A program made the translations under genes and the position numbers. Shown here one piece after another: positions 24,900 to 39,323 of a DNA stretch of 64,000 nt. The stretch covers positions 243,613 to 307,612 of the forward strand of contig NMRA01000151.1 in the NCBI GenBank assembly GCA_002633005.1. Direction: 5' to 3'. The stretch comes from Phoronis australis (lineage: Eukaryota; Animalia; Phoronida). Every line of letters begins with the position of its first letter. The first letter of the stretch is position 1. The notes below the pieces were generated by a model that worked only from the letters and a program-made list of their open reading frames with translations, had not been told where the DNA came from and did not search any database.

Positions 24900-26599
24900 T
24901 TGCGGTTTATTATAAAGGATGTGCTTCACTTTCATCCTGTATTCGTAACATCATCCCAGAGAGGAGATTAAAGCCCCAAGGAAAGCCACTTTTTGTTTTG
25001 GTTCATGTTTTGGGGTGCAACCTCCGCTTTGTTTTTTTTTAAACAAAGAGGTAGCATTCTTCATTACACGTGATAGAATTGGGGACTAATAAAAGTCCAT
25101 CGATCGCTTTAATGGTAACTATGATAGCCTGCAGTGCGGTGTGCTAGGTTGATATATTATGTTACCGAATTGCGACTTCATGAATCTCGTCCGCGGGCTG
25201 CAGAAAATGAATCAAAACAGTCGAGTGGCAGGGCACGGCGACCGGCGCCGAATTTCGTTAAACTCCATGGCTGTATTAAGTTGGAAAAAAACCAATCATG
25301 GTTTTCCATGTTTAAAAGTCGATGAACTAATAAGTTATAAACTATTAAACTTTGCGAGGTACGAGGGATCTACCGTGTTGTCTTAAGCCCTATCATACTC
25401 GCGGTGGCTGGGATCATTACTAACACTGATCAGAGATAGCAACATCACTTCTTTTAATATTCTTTCAATCTCTTTTGACCAGATTTTTACTATGAAGCAG
25501 TTGTACTTAACTTCTTCCCACTCGTCATTTTTATGACTGACAACTAGGCACTGGCACTGAACCCCAGTGTCCAGAATTCAGGCCTCAAAACTCCCCGTTT
25601 GGCTATCACCATATTTGCACTTTTGTATATATTTCATGATTTGAGCTCTAATAAATATTAAACTTGAACCAATGACATACGTCAGTTGTTTGTGCCGTGA
25701 AATGTGGCCGGCCGCCAGGGTTTAGTGTGATCTGGCTTCCACTAACTTTACTTAGTGAGAGTTGGGCCGGGGCTACATCAAATGTACGCGTGGGCAGAAA
25801 ACGTATCTGCGTAAAGAAAGAGTTGTGTTTTCAAAACTTTCAGAGTCGTGTGTTGTTTGGACCTTCATTAATACACCGAGACAAAGCACGTCTTCAAAGT
25901 TTAGGTAAACAAAGTTTACAGCATACTGATTACAGGGTCACTGACTCGGAGCACGTTCTTAGGCATACGTATATTGTAATATCGGTTGAATTATAAGTTA
26001 AGTTTGAATAGCACGTACGCGGACAATAAGCCATTCACATTTATATCTGATCACAATTCTCCCCCTGCTTTGAAAACAAACATTCGTTTAGATAATTTTC
26101 GGAAAGATTGTGAACTAAAATGATAGGACAAACACTACATACCACAGGCAAAATTCTACATTCGAAGACGGCTTCTGTGAGAAAGAAATTCTCAACAGGA
26201 GAAGTTTGTAATGACACGTAAATAAGTATAACTTTTACCCCTTAGAGTAGACGCGAAACGTTAAGTATTCTGTTCTTATTCCAAAGGGCTCGGCCTTGGT
26301 GCGAAGCTGTTTACTAAATTAAATATATCAACTTTTAATTGCGCCTTTGCGGGTAAAAGACTGACCCAATAGAATCTTTCTTGAGTAATCTAAATTATTT
26401 ACCGGCGTTGAAAAAATTGCTGTTCTACTATTATTCTGCTGCTAAAATTGTGGTGTGATCTTTTGCGTCGACTTTCGGCGCAATGAAATATTGCGTCACC
26501 TATTAGTCAGTTTCTTTTTCCCAGATTCTTCAATCAAACGTTCTCCCTCGAGGTTGTCTAAATGTCACAACAAATTGGTTTCACTTCATTATATGTTTT

Positions 26600-27120
26600 T
26601 GGAATTTGATATCAGTAAACCGAATTTTAGAACAGATTTTGCTGCGATGTTGTCATCATCTAATGGGAGATGTCGAAAAATTTTTGGAAGTGGCGCGTGT
26701 CACAAATGTACTAATTTCAAAACGACGACGTACATTTCTTTGTTACAAAGTACCAATGCAGAGAATTACGCAAGAAAATGACGTCGGATATTTTTTCGTT
26801 TAAATGGCGGTAACAGGCATGGTGAATATCAATTGAGTTCCAGATTTTGCATGCACACCCGCCGGTCTTCAGCTCATGTTGATACAAGCTTCACGACGAG
26901 GTGACGAGCGTATTTATTCGGTCTGCTTGCAATTTCGAGGTCTGTCGCAGCTCAATACACAGTAACACCTTGCTGTATTTTGACAATAGTCTTCATACAG
27001 CTAGCTGGCTAAATAGGAAGGCTCTAGCTTCGAAACCATTTTTTACTTCGAAAGTGACAACAAATATATTCAGAATGATGATGGATCATGGATGACATTA
27101 TAACCGATCACATGTTTCCG
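26600..27120 (+). repeat. Dispersed CpG-rich repeat, probably a DNA-transposon relic; related to about 46700-47250
   Basis: Shared blocks gcaagaaaatg, cagattttg..tgcaca and gacgaggtgacgag. Confidence 0.45.
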
Positions 27121-28539
27121 TTTTCATGCGTCCATGATCTTAATCACTGCGTTATGTTAAAACCATTGTTTATGTTGTTCTTAAAATAAACTTTTGTTCT
27201 AATGCTATACCAAAATATTATGAAGTTATACAAAAATAAACAATAATTATCTGTGGCAAAGCGAATTATACAGCGTGATGAAGTGATGATCAAGAGCAAT
27301 AACAGATGAGCGCGAATACGTGCTGCTTGTTGAGCATTCAGCGGCATGAAAACACTCGAGGTCGTAAAACAGCCAGCGTTGTATTCTGATTTTTGTGCAA
27401 TTTTACTGTAAAATTTCAAATTTCTTGCTTGTTTTTATGCATAATGTACTGTATAAAGTCTCATACTAAGGGACAGAAATTATGCTTCCGCGATATTACT
27501 TAACTTTTGATTTTACCTCGCCGTCAGTAATTCAACATAAAGTTCACGTTGGTGTAATGTCACGCACTTTGTATTTGTAGGTTGGTTCGATTTTACCACC
27601 TTTCAATAGTTGAACAAAAGTTGAACCGATGTCAAGACCGGAGTTGCCACTGGTGAACGAACAGCGAACAGTTAAATGTTTGTTTGGTCAAAGTTCACCC
27701 GCTAAGACATAAAATGGCAATTGCCGACCAAGGACACGCTTAATCCGAATTGATGGTCTATGCTTGACGACCACTTAGCCGACCCAAGTGCCGACCACAA
27801 AGGCGACTCAGCAGACGGCTCCTAACCGAACGTTGTTGGTCGGCTAGACGACCGGTCGACGGCTGGTCGTCGACCAATTTCCGACCGGTCGGACAAAATT
27901 CGTGACGTGTGCTGTATGTTGTGTTCCCAACTAATTTGGCCAAACAATCACAGAAAGAATTAGCCTGCAAGTGCCACTTGAACTCACTTTCATGAAACAA
28001 ACCCGTTATCTTGAGCGAGGAAAAAGACAGGAACAATTTTATAACTCAAGTAGCACAACTCAAAAGTTAGGTACAGGTTTATTGATCTTTGGATGATAGC
28101 ATGTTAGCAGCAATTAGATGAAAGATGTAACTATATATTTTGAAAATGTGCACAGCACACTTCAGTGGTATCTGCAGCACAGACAGGCAATATTGGTATA
28201 CAAGATGATTAGACTGGCCAATCAGATCAAGTACATACACTGTAACAAGTGGTTTCAGGGTAATCACCCAACTGCATAGCACTGACAGTTTGGTATTATG
28301 TTAGACAGATTAAAACAAGGTTTGCCCCACATGAAGGACATTGCCTTCGACTCGTAATGCATTATTTGGAAGCACCGAGGTCACAGCTCATGTATAGTAA
28401 TAGATAATCAAGATTTTTTGAGAAAATTTATTTTTTCATTGAAATAAACAATGAACAGAAAATTCACGAGGAATCTGGACAGTTACAACTACAACTAAAT
28501 TGCACATTTGAACACTAAGGAATATAGGACTGGTGTAAC

Positions 28540-28688
28540 CAGCGTTCGAAATACAAGGTGGCCCGGGGCCAGTGGATTTGCTGCCAGGCAAGTAAACTTT
28601 CACATATAGGCCCTACCTGGTTGTGGTCTCATAATCAAGTAACAGGCCTGGCAGGCCAGCATATTTATTTGTTGAAGGTCGAACACTG
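28540..28688. mobile_element. hAT-type MITE
   Basis: TIRs cagcgttcga / tcgaacactg with an 8-bp TSD ggtgtaac / ggtgtaat. Confidence 0.7.
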
Positions 28689-31169
28689 GGTGTAATACTG
28701 GTAAACTTTGTCCAAAGCAAGGTAAGTCCCAGCCAAGCAGCAAGTCGAGTAAAAAAATGCTCGAATCAATCGACTGTTTAAACCTTCGTTAGAAAGTATA
28801 ATCGGAGTGTAATCATTAGGCCTGATGCACTGGAAAGGCAAAGGGTTTTGTGATAGGCTGTCTACAGGTGACCAGGGTGAGTGGGAGTAATTTATGAAGC
28901 CAATTAATACTTATAAGTCAGGTGAAAGCATGCATTGTACACTGAATGGAATGCTCTTTAACAGAACCAAATAAAGAAAAAGTACATTACCACTAACAAC
29001 AAAATTCACCACCTATCCTAACAGCAACTACCAGACACGAAATTTTAAAAATAAAAAAATAACTTGTACTAATAACAAGTGATAATTGCACAATCTCAGT
29101 CAAACCAAGGTCTGGATCAGAGGCACATTTTATCATAAGGTCTTACGACGTCTTGGGTAGCCCAGTCACATCTTGGATGCTCACTGGCAGAAGTTCAATG
29201 GTTTGAAGGTAATTGCTAAGTGAAACTGGCCAGCATCACTCCAGGTGCAGTGCTTCCCTCTAAAAAGGCAGAGCAAAATTTGCAAACAAGCAAATGGTTA
29301 TAAAAGACTGGGCACGTGATCTCTGATAGAATGGACCCTGTATCCCCAAAATATCGATCTCCAAACGAAGTTGTTTAGGTCAAACTGCCATAGATACATC
29401 AAGATTTGAAATGCAAAAAATACAACAAACCATAAAAGTCAGTCACTCAACGCTGCAAACAATCTATCTAACTGTAGACTAGGAAAACATAATTAGAAAT
29501 TTTGCCAATACTGCGGGGTAGTGTGTACTTCATCTATTCAATAGATTTGTTCACAGATTGTGGTAGACAGAATTTTCATGATTAGGAACACTGATTAAGC
29601 CTCTTACATGTGAAACAGGACAATTACTGCATTAATAATGATGTCATGGCAACTGGCTGAAATAAATTATACCACCATGGACTAAAACTGGTCATTTTTC
29701 CATCTGCTTGAATTCTGAAATTGAATGTGCAATGAAAAGATATGTTAAAATCATTTTTGGAAGAAATATGATATTAGCCAAAAATGATTTGATTAAAACT
29801 TTAATTACGGTCCGTTTGGTGAAAGTAGTTCCACTGGGCTTTGGTTACCAGAATACATAATTGGTTTACGACTATTGAGCAATAACAAAAGATCAAGAAA
29901 ATGCTTCACACTACACTGATCTTGGAAACAGCTTTCCTCTTGATATTTGTTACCTAAAGTATCCCTTATAACAATTCATCATGTTGACTGGTCTTCACAT
30001 TTTCTTATGAAACCATGGTTTCCAGCTGCATTGTACATTACAATGGGTAGTTGTGACATGTCAATCAAGTTATTGATTCCAGCCAATAGGAAAGTGCAAA
30101 AATGTAAACAATGTGACCACCCTCCATCTTTAGTACCACATAAATTCATTGCTAATAGAAACAGATCAACATGTACAGAGAATGAATACGAGAAAAAGCT
30201 TATGGAACAAAAATGTAAGTTCCTGACCTCACAATCAGCTGGTTGGGGACTACGTATACTGTATATCAAAAAAATTGACTATAGGTCAATTAACCCACTG
30301 GGCCTCAAATCTACGCCCAAATTTGGATGACTGATGGGTCACAGAATTTTCTGTCCCATTTCAGTTCGATTTTTATAGCAGAGTATTTTTAAAAATGCGA
30401 TTTCTTGAGCTAATTCAGTACATTACACAGCTAGTTATTGGTCCACTAAACGGACAGACAACTAGATTTCAATTTAAACAAACAATATTGGGATCTGTAT
30501 TTTGACAAAATGCCATGATGCTAAAATTGTTGTTTTGATCAAACACTAGCTTGATTTAGCTGCTCTGCATTGCCATTGCGTAATGACTTGAATGCATTTT
30601 ATTCAAGCCAGAACCATGGATCTAACTTTTGAACTTCAAATCGAACTGCAACTTATTATTGGTATTTCCCATCCTACTTTTGAGCAAACTTAAGCTAAGT
30701 ATCTCTCGGTATCTGTTCCAGTGCATTATGTATACAACTTTGCACTTAAAAACCCGTATATTCAAGCTGAAAACTCAACTAAAAGGTCGCACTCCTAAAA
30801 TTATTTTATATGCACAGGGCGTATGCGTCATAAACAATCCCAAAGTAAAATAAATTCACCTTCATAATATTTCGCAATCAACACTTCATTAGTATCTGGC
30901 AGTATGAAGCCAACAAAACACAACATGCAGGAGTGACTGCATGTGTCCTTGCCAACAACCAAAGACTCGCATATTCTTACATGTACATGTATGTTCAACA
31001 CCAGATACTAATGGAAATCAACAAATCTATGTGATCTACTCCCATGAAGATAATTTTCTTCATCCAAGTTGCAGTATGGTATAGGTTACCAGTGCACATA
31101 ATCGCGTCACCAAATTTAAGTACAATTCGATGCTGGCACCAAGCTGTTTCAGAGGATGAGAATGGGTTA

Positions 31170-32187
31170 GGGAGTGTTCATGTAGTACGTCACCAATCAA
31201 AAGGTGATGATGATTTATGACAGGAGGGGGGGTTATGGTAATGTCATCATGTGCTTTACTAATGGTAATGAGTTATTGGCATCAAACGTGAATGACAAAA
31301 GCAACTAGTGTCAACTAAGAACCCACTCTCTTCGTCACAGAGTTGACATTGTGGTTCTTGGTGGGTGGTCTTTCCCTACAGTTGTCATGTAATTTGCTTC
31401 AGGGGTTGGTCACCTTGCATGTTTAGCAGACTTTTAAAGTTTTCAAATTTTGCTCCAAACTTTTGAGGGTTGTTGGGGGTTACAGAGTCTAATTTTTTTC
31501 AAAGAACTGGATGGGAAAGTCATTTTTAGTATCTGCTGTATAGGCCAAAATCGGGTTTGGTATCCTTTTACAAGAAACCTATTTGCCAAACTTCATGAAA
31601 ATGCACCGAAGGAATTCAAAACATACAGATGCAATTAACAAAAAAGCTAAAATTGCCACTAGAGGGCAGAGTGGTAGTCACATCGGCCCGAATTTCATTG
31701 TTGTCTGCTTTATAACCATCTGCCAAATCTCATTAAGATTCTGCAAGGCATTTAGAAGATACAACAGCAGAAGCTGGACAGAGATAACAGCCACATGTAC
31801 ACACGTATAAATATGCGAGTGCAGGCTGCCTTTAGTAATACTTTTTGTTTTCCCCACCCTATCCTCACCCTCTAACGTAGTAATGAATGAAAATATTCAT
31901 TATCTTTGGTTTGATTGTAGAAATGGTGTAATTTACTTCACGGCTGAATACAAAAACAGCAAATGCAACTATCATTATAAAGTGACATTAGTTTGCCATT
32001 AGATTCATAAAGACTGAATCTCCACTGAACGAACTGTCAGTTCTTCAAAAACACGAGGGGTGGAGGCTGATTGCGATAAAATAATTAGAGCCAGGACGGG
32101 GGAGGGGTTTATATCATGATGACATGACAAAGTGGGGGGGGGGTAAAAAGTGGCAAATTTTGGATGACGTAATACGTGAACGCTCCC
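31170..32187. mobile_element. PIF/Harbinger-like element with nested repeats
   Basis: TIRs gggagtgttcatgtagtacgtca / tgacgtaatacgtgaacgctccc flanked by TTA and TAA. Confidence 0.55.
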
Positions 32188-32228
32188 TAATCTATGAGCC
32201 GAGTCAAAGAATTAGAATTCCCAACCAG

Positions 32229-32628
32229 GGCCCGGTCTCTAATCTTTTTACTCAAAATGGAACCTGAAATTATGTTTGGCATTTTCTTCTCTACTTTTGT
32301 GCGAACTCAAGATAAGTGGCTATTAATATATGCTTGAGTACATAAATGACTTACATGGACAATTTATTAGTCACAGTTTGTAGTTGATAATCCCAACATT
32401 AAGGCTAAATGTTCGAATTTTAACTCGAAATTTCGAGTTTTTACTCAAGTTTGTAGCATGGATAAGAGTCTTCAAGAGCAAGGTTGGATTAGAAACACAT
32501 ATGCATAAACTATAATGTATTTGAGCACAGTTTTATTACCACTTATCTCGAGTTCGCACAAAAGGAGCAGAGAAATTGCCAAAAATAGTTTCGACTTTGT
32601 TTCGAGTACAAAGATTAGAGACTGGGCC
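32229..32628. mobile_element. Long-TIR MITE (PIF/Harbinger-like)
   Basis: ggcccggtctctaatcttt ... aaagattagagactgggcc; the inverted arms extend more than 100 bp (ttttgtgcgaactcaagataagtgg / ccacttatctcgagttcgcacaaaa). Confidence 0.75.
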
Positions 32629-33499
32629 CACGACTTTTGTGATTGTGTGACTCCATGCAGACAATTATAAGTGAAATACCACTGGGAACACTTTGAAAAG
32701 AACTCGGCTGCTTCACATTTGTGGGGCATGACAAAAATTACTATGGTGGGTATGGCCCGACAAAAGTTTGTCAAAACTATTCAGAGCATTCTGTAATCGA
32801 ATTTTGAAAAACCAGACAACACACGACCAACGACCAATTCCCATTATATGTCTAAACATAATCATTTTGACAACTGTAGTTAGATTGGCTAGGCCCATTC
32901 ACCTTCATACACCATCAGCAACGAAGTGGTTGTCCATACACCAATAAGTTAGTGCTTTTAATAGAAAATTTTGTTCGCGGACCCTTTAAAGACGACACGA
33001 ACCCAACTTCTGCAAAAATAATCTTCAATTAAGACCACTTACCATTTAATAAGTTAAACGCAGAAACGATATTTCTTAGAAGTCTCAACATTTTTTGTCC
33101 AATTAAGTTGAAAGACGATGCAACAGAGAGATTTTATGATCTTGTGATTTTATTTCAACACTGAATTTTATATTTTCAATTTAGCTGTAATTAAAGTTCC
33201 ATGTGACAAATGGCATTTCTCCCATGGGACATTGCATTATTCTATGGTTCAAGACCTGAGTTCCAGTGTGAAGCAAATTGAAATCAGTTTTGTAATGGCA
33301 AGTGGTCTAAGCCAAAGTTCTTTTTGACAGAGGGCAGGTAAGAGCAAAAGTTCTAGAGCCATTACTTTTCCACATAATTTGGACACATAAGGAAACACTG
33401 CATAAAACACATGGTGTATAAAAACACACTCAGAAAACTTAATATTGGTAAATATAACATGCGACTATGTACTGGCTTGAAAACACTGAACAACCATCA

Positions 33500-33622
33500 T
33501 CAGTTTTCTTTGGGATCTTGTTTGCTCGTCAACTTCTTTACGTCAATCTCCAATGTCAATGTGACTGGAAGGTGATCAGTCAGACCAGCCAGTTGGGTGA
33601 CAGTGTTATAGGCGACGGGTTT
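33500..33622 (-). CDS. Neutral sphingomyelinase (SMPD3/SMPD5 family) last exon
   Basis: KPVAYNTVTQLAGLTDHLPVTLTL contains the catalytic TDH motif (nSMase2 TQLSGLTDHLPV). Phase 0 acceptor ttacag. Confidence 0.93.
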   Translation of the reverse strand, partial: KPVAYNTVTQLAGLTDHLPVTLTLEIDVKKLTSKQDPKEN

Positions 33623-36211
33623 CTGTAATAAGGACAACATGACTGAAGGACATGACTGATAAATACCGTACACAACAGGCAACACGAAGCTAAGCATTAA
33701 ATTAAAGTTCAGTGTATTTTTAAGCCCCATGCAGCACCAACATTGTTTTGTTAATGTGTGGAGGTGTTTCTTAACATTGTTACTTAGCATTCCTAATTAG
33801 TGCAGGTCATTGACTGCTACACGGGAAGACTGATTGCGGCTAATTTGATTAATGCTACCTGAGACCCTGTAATTTAAATTTTACAGCCATTACATATTAC
33901 TTTAACTGAAATGCTTTGAAAGTTCAAGATTTCAAAATACTACAAGCGTACTAAACGTAATGGGACAAATAATTTCCTGTATTTATTCAAATCAAAAATT
34001 TAAACTCGGTGAGGTCCTGCATGACAAGATTCTATCAAGCTCCTAAAAGTGGCCTCAAATTCGAACAAAAATAATCACCAAAATTGTTAACTTTTTCAGT
34101 TTTGAAAACCTCAGAGCATTTTTGAAAATGCTAAAAATTTCATGTTATTTTTGTACAAATTGGAAATTTTTAACAGAGTCACTTCAGAATTGAGAGTTCA
34201 GTAGGTTGAACCCTTTCATGTCAGTTGACAATGCTTTAGGTAAGGAAGGTGTGATTATGCTAAAACAAAACTACAAATAAGAGGCCTCGGATAACAGAAT
34301 TTGACGAAAGGTGCACTCAACAAAAATACATAACTAAGAATGTTCAAGACTGGCTGCAAAAGAAATAAGACGAAAGAAACAAAATCAAGCAAGATAAAGT
34401 ACAAAGAAGATGAAAAATAAAAAGCAACGGGCATTGCGTTAATGTTTTCACAAAGATCATGCTCACTAGTCTAGTTGAGTGATACTGCATGCAAATTGGA
34501 TGAGCCGTTTTCATTGATTAGAAAATACACAAATGGATTCACACTACCTTCACCAATTATGCAACACAAACACACATGTTATTGTGTACACACGTCAACC
34601 AATACGAGACTTACATATCTGCTACGTATTTTTACCGTTTCTGTAGTGTTACGGCTAACGCCAAAATGCTGCATATTTTCGGTGATTAATTTGCATTTTT
34701 GCCGATGTTCATAAAAAAGTTTTCAAACCTTCACACTGGGTTTTACAGGAAATCTCTTTTGCCAAATTAATCTCATATCACAAGCCTTGCTCAACAAAGG
34801 AGTTACCAAGGAGTATAACAACACAATAAAAGAGCCTCTAATAGGTAAGTCGGTACATGCAATGCATTTTGACTTTTGACCATATTTTGACTAGTTTTCG
34901 TCAGTGGTATGGTTTGCTGTTTTTTTAGAATAATTGATATGGTCAGAGTACAAAAATGGTTGACATGTATAACTGTGATTCATTTGAAGAACACCGAAAT
35001 AAGTATGGCAGCAGTGGGACGTAACATCATCACTCTAAGACTCGTCTTACCACGCATGTGTCTTTAGGCCCATGCAACTGCATCCAAAACAACGCATTTT
35101 TCCAATGAAAATTTTGTTACATGCTTTGCCTAAAGAGGCATGCGTCTAATCCTCACATAAAGGCACATTCTTTGTATATATGTGTACCATAAACTTTGTG
35201 TCAGTGTGTTTCGTCCACTCTAATACTTATCATTTAACAGTTAGACTAGAGTGTTAAATTGAGGGTAAAAAAAAATGCTTTGACATCAACAGAAATTCAA
35301 AATCTGTACAAACAAGCCGCAAAAATACCTGATGAAAAGATTGACTTCACTTTTAGTAAATGTGAATTAGGCTATTTCTCACATTCTATGCCACTTTATC
35401 TAAACCAGGTTGCACCACAAGCAATGGTTAACTGAACATGAATGTTAACATTATGATTGCAAATCTACGATACACAGGGCACAGTAAGTGTTGTTTGGAG
35501 AAAGCTTATCACAAGTGATTCGTTGGGAATCTAAGACTCATTAGGCATTGACTTTCAATGTGCACTTAATTCCATTTTACCGACAGTTAAAGACCCCCTT
35601 TAGCTTAAGACATTAACTAAAAAGGGGAATTTTTTATGTGTGTTTCAAATCACTTTGCACACATGGCAGAACACACTGAACAATGCTTTTCGAGGCTCGA
35701 AAACTGGCAAATCCAAACAAGTTTTATAACAAATTTGAGGCAATTTCCCTTGCCAAAACAGCTAATGAATGTCATCAAGGCAAAGTACGAAAAATTCAAA
35801 ATAAAACAAAAAGTTGGTATTTAACTCGCCTTACGTCACAGCTTGCTTCTTCTCATGCAAAATCAAAACAAGACAACAACTGCCATTGATAAGCATGCAT
35901 GTTTTAACACAAAAGTCAAACCAGGCTGTACACATGGAATGTGACTTCATACCAAATTTAGTATTTAACTCCTAAAAATACCAATGACAAATTATCACGT
36001 ATCTAGAATGCCTTACAAAACAGATGCCAGCGAATAGTCACTTTACTAAGCAGTGCCATGACTTTTTACATGCTACAGTACAAACCCTCAAGACATTTTT
36101 ACATCCCTTTTGAGTTTCTATGACATTTCCAACAGCATTTAAAAGTTAACCAGCAAATTATGGCAGATAAGCATGGGCAAGCCACAACAAGTTCACATTT
36201 AATAATCTTAC

Positions 36212-36453
36212 ACAAAGTGAATTGTCCTTCACCAAAACACGGTCTATTCGTCTTCGTCCAGATGCTTGAGTTACAATACAGTTTCCATCACTGTCGACAG
36301 GGGGCAGCTCAGTTAGCATACCATATCTTGTGCAAGCCAAGTCTGCACTCAAGACGTACAGAGGGCGCTTGGAACCATCAATGAGAAGAGTCTTCAAGGT
36401 GTCAGCAGAGGATGCCTCAGGCGACAGCATATTCACATGCCTCAGTGTAGTCC
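36212..36453 (-). CDS. nSMase mutually exclusive exon variant C
   Basis: (G)TTLRHVNMLSPEASSADTLKTLLIDGSKRPLYVLSAD...ELPPVDSDGNC...GRRRIDRVLVKDNSLC; 242 nt, caatag and gtaaga boundaries. Confidence 0.85.
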
Positions 36454-36557
36454 CTATTGAATACAATGCTAACTGAAGAAAGTCCAGGGTCAAAGATGAG
36501 GGATGATAGTGGTTTGATTTTTAGAGAGTGGGACTGCTGGGAGTGCTGTATGCTTAC

Positions 36558-36799
36558 TGAAATGGATGATTCTTGGAAAATGAGCCGGTCAATTCGCCGT
36601 CTTCCTCCAGCAAATGAAGGGGTACAATTTCCACAATCATCTAGGGGAGGCAACTCAAAATGCATGCCGACTGTCGTGGATTGGCGATCGGCGTTTAGTA
36701 GGTACAATGGTCTTTTGAGGGGTTCAAGTAGAGCTTCTTTTAGATGACCCGAGCATCGGCCAACAGAATTCCACATGGTAAGGTGCCGTAGAGATGTGC
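36558..36799 (-). CDS. nSMase mutually exclusive exon variant B
   Basis: (G)TSLRHLTMWNSVGRCSGHLKEALLEPLKRPLYLLNAD...ELPPLDDCGNC...GGRRRIDRLIFQESSIS; 242 nt, ttatag and gtaagc boundaries. Confidence 0.85.
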
Positions 36800-37654
36800 C
36801 TATAATGCAGAGATCTCCTGGTGTGATTGTACAGAACTGGAATTCATCTTCTTAAGCTATGAAGCACGTTGCAGGCAATCCATACACTTCCTAAGTTTTA
36901 TCAGTTGAAGTAATGAATTGCTCATTCATAGGAACTAAACTGAGCACCAGACAAACCAAGAACTGAGAAAGTTTGACAATTGAAGGTATATGGCAATTAC
37001 CTAGTACTTGAATGGGGCATTACTCGTTCAATGGACACTACAGTTTTTAGAACCAAAAGGTTTTTGAAATTGTCAGATGGAGATTTTTTTTAAGTTAGAT
37101 TGGACCAGAAAAACTTCAAATTGCCAATTGTCACCATTAATGTTTACCAGACATTTGCTGAAATCAAGGCTAGAGATAATGCCAGTTAAGCTGTCATCTA
37201 TCTCCAACGCAGCACAACTGCCATGAATCAAGCAAATAGCAGAACTGTGAGCACAACAATAACCACGACTGAATTGATGCCATACATTGACTAATTAGCT
37301 GACTTTGTTAAAGACACGACTAGACTTTTTCACGTCACCTTGTCATGACAAACAACCCCAGTCATGAAAGACTTCGACCAGTGGCCAAATGTAATGTTGT
37401 TTACCAATTGAATTCACATGTTATATGGATGAATTTCTTCCTCCTCATTCTAGTGAACAGCGTTACATTGGACACAGGGTGTGTTCTTTATCACGACGGA
37501 TGTCCATGCACTTGCAGGGGTGATCCATTCAAGATCAGTTTATACACCGTGATGGCCGAAAAATAACTAGGTGGGAAATAGTAGGCAATGCCATCATTTG
37601 CTATGTTGAAAATGACATATTTCGGCTAAAGATTTTGGAATCGCTATTAGTAAG

Positions 37655-38035
37655 TCATAAAACCTGTGTTGAATGAACAGCTCACAGGTGTGTATCACAC
37701 ACTGGCTCTGTTTCGATAGAGTTGCGGGCTTTCTACTGTGTGTTGCATTCACACTCTCTGCTTGTATGCTGTCACGTGTATTTCAGTGTTTATTTCGGTT
37801 TGTATCTTTTCATGCTAGTCGTTGCCTGGTGATGTGACATGAATTCACGAAATATAGCTACTGTTTTTGTTTATTTGTTATAAGTCTCTTGGTTTGTTAC
37901 TTCATTCATGCACACCAGAAGAAAGGAGACTTTTCCGAAATTACGAACACACTAGCATCAAGCTCGCTCACAAAAAGTCTAATCGTGTCTTTAACGAAGT
38001 TTGTGTAAACGAAGGGCTACTACCAAACTATACTT
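37655..38035 (+). mobile_element. Penelope-like element fragment; other copies at about 58765-59090 and 8135-8250
   Basis: Three homologous copies. Translates RNYEHTSIKLAHKKSNRVFNEVCVNEGLLPNYT, resembling a PLE ORF N-terminus, and is preceded by hammerhead-like cores. Confidence 0.55.
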
Positions 38036-38471
38036 AATTAGTTGAGTATGAATATTTATCATAATTTAAAATTGTCAATATTTCCCGGAATTCTATATTG
38101 AAGTATCTTTAACACCCAATCACAAATAATTTCATTGGTCATTGCAAGTAAAATATGCTAATGAGTTCTGCCAGCATGATTGAATAAAAAAGCTTGTGCT
38201 ATCCAGTAGCTGCTTATAACCAAAACTAAACACTTAATGAGTCAGCAACATGTGTCTGCAAATCTTCAAATTAAACTATTTGGCACGAGAACAAGATTAC
38301 AACAGAGTCTTGTTATAAATTAGTCAAGAACCACCATTATTCGCAGAGAGTCTAATGATATCACAAGACATTTTAAAAGATTGACACAGTCTAGATTTCA
38401 GGCCAATGAACAGAGATGGAAGTTGCCTCTTTGTCAGGCTCATTCTATGCTCAACAACATTTCACTCTGTC

Positions 38472-38575
38472 AATAGTCACTTATAGGGGTCCCACATCTT
38501 GAGAACCTGTTTGATGCCTGTTATTCAGTGAACAACTCTGGTTCTCATAATATGGGACTCCTGTAAGTCACTATT
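38472..38575. repeat. Small inverted-repeat element (about 36 bp arms)
   Basis: aatagtcacttataggggtcccacatcttgagaacc pairs with ggttctcataatatgggactcctgtaagtcactatt. Confidence 0.7.
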
Positions 38576-39323
38576 ACCCGACATCTAACACGAATTCAAC
38601 ACACCAAGAAAAGCTTCAATCTGTCAGCTGAACATTTCAGGCAATCTCTGGATGCCAAGAATGAAACTTACCACAGTCATTGAACGGACATCATGATGTG
38701 GAAACAAATTAGGCTAACTTCCTTACAAAATTATTTCCATACCCACTATTTTCTATTGACTGAAATATTGTACTAAAAACTATCGATAGCGTACAGCAGT
38801 CCTACATGTGAAAGACGTCTGCTAGTGTCTATGACAACTAACACCATATACTATATGTTGAAGGAGGTGAACTGGTTAGCATTCTGGGACAAATAAACTG
38901 AGCTTTGAGGTTCCAAATGTGCTTGAATAACAATGAAAGGTCAAAACCAGGGGTCTGTTGCATGAAAAGTGAAGATTTAATAGAGAAATTTTGTCTCACG
39001 CTCCAAAAATACTTTCATTTCACCTCAGCAAAGATACAAAGTTCTGCACTGACAATTATGAGTACATGTTTAAAGACTAATTTGTAAAAATTATTTCTAA
39101 ACTGTGTTATACAAATAATAAAATTGCAAAAACTAGTGAACTGGGAGCACAAGTCAAAATTTCTTACTTATCATGAAACAGGTTCCACGAGTGAGCATGA
39201 CTCTGATACCAAGCAGCCTCAGACAACTAATAAAGCTCCAAACCACGAGGTTAGTAAAATACACCGTGAACAAAAAACACAACACAAATGTGTATCTCTA
39301 CTCCATTCAAGTCATTCACTTAC

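Noticed and set aside
37380-38460. Searched for a fourth nSMase alternative exon between A and B
   Set aside because: No GT.LR or RRID-bearing frame with splice sites was found by eye.
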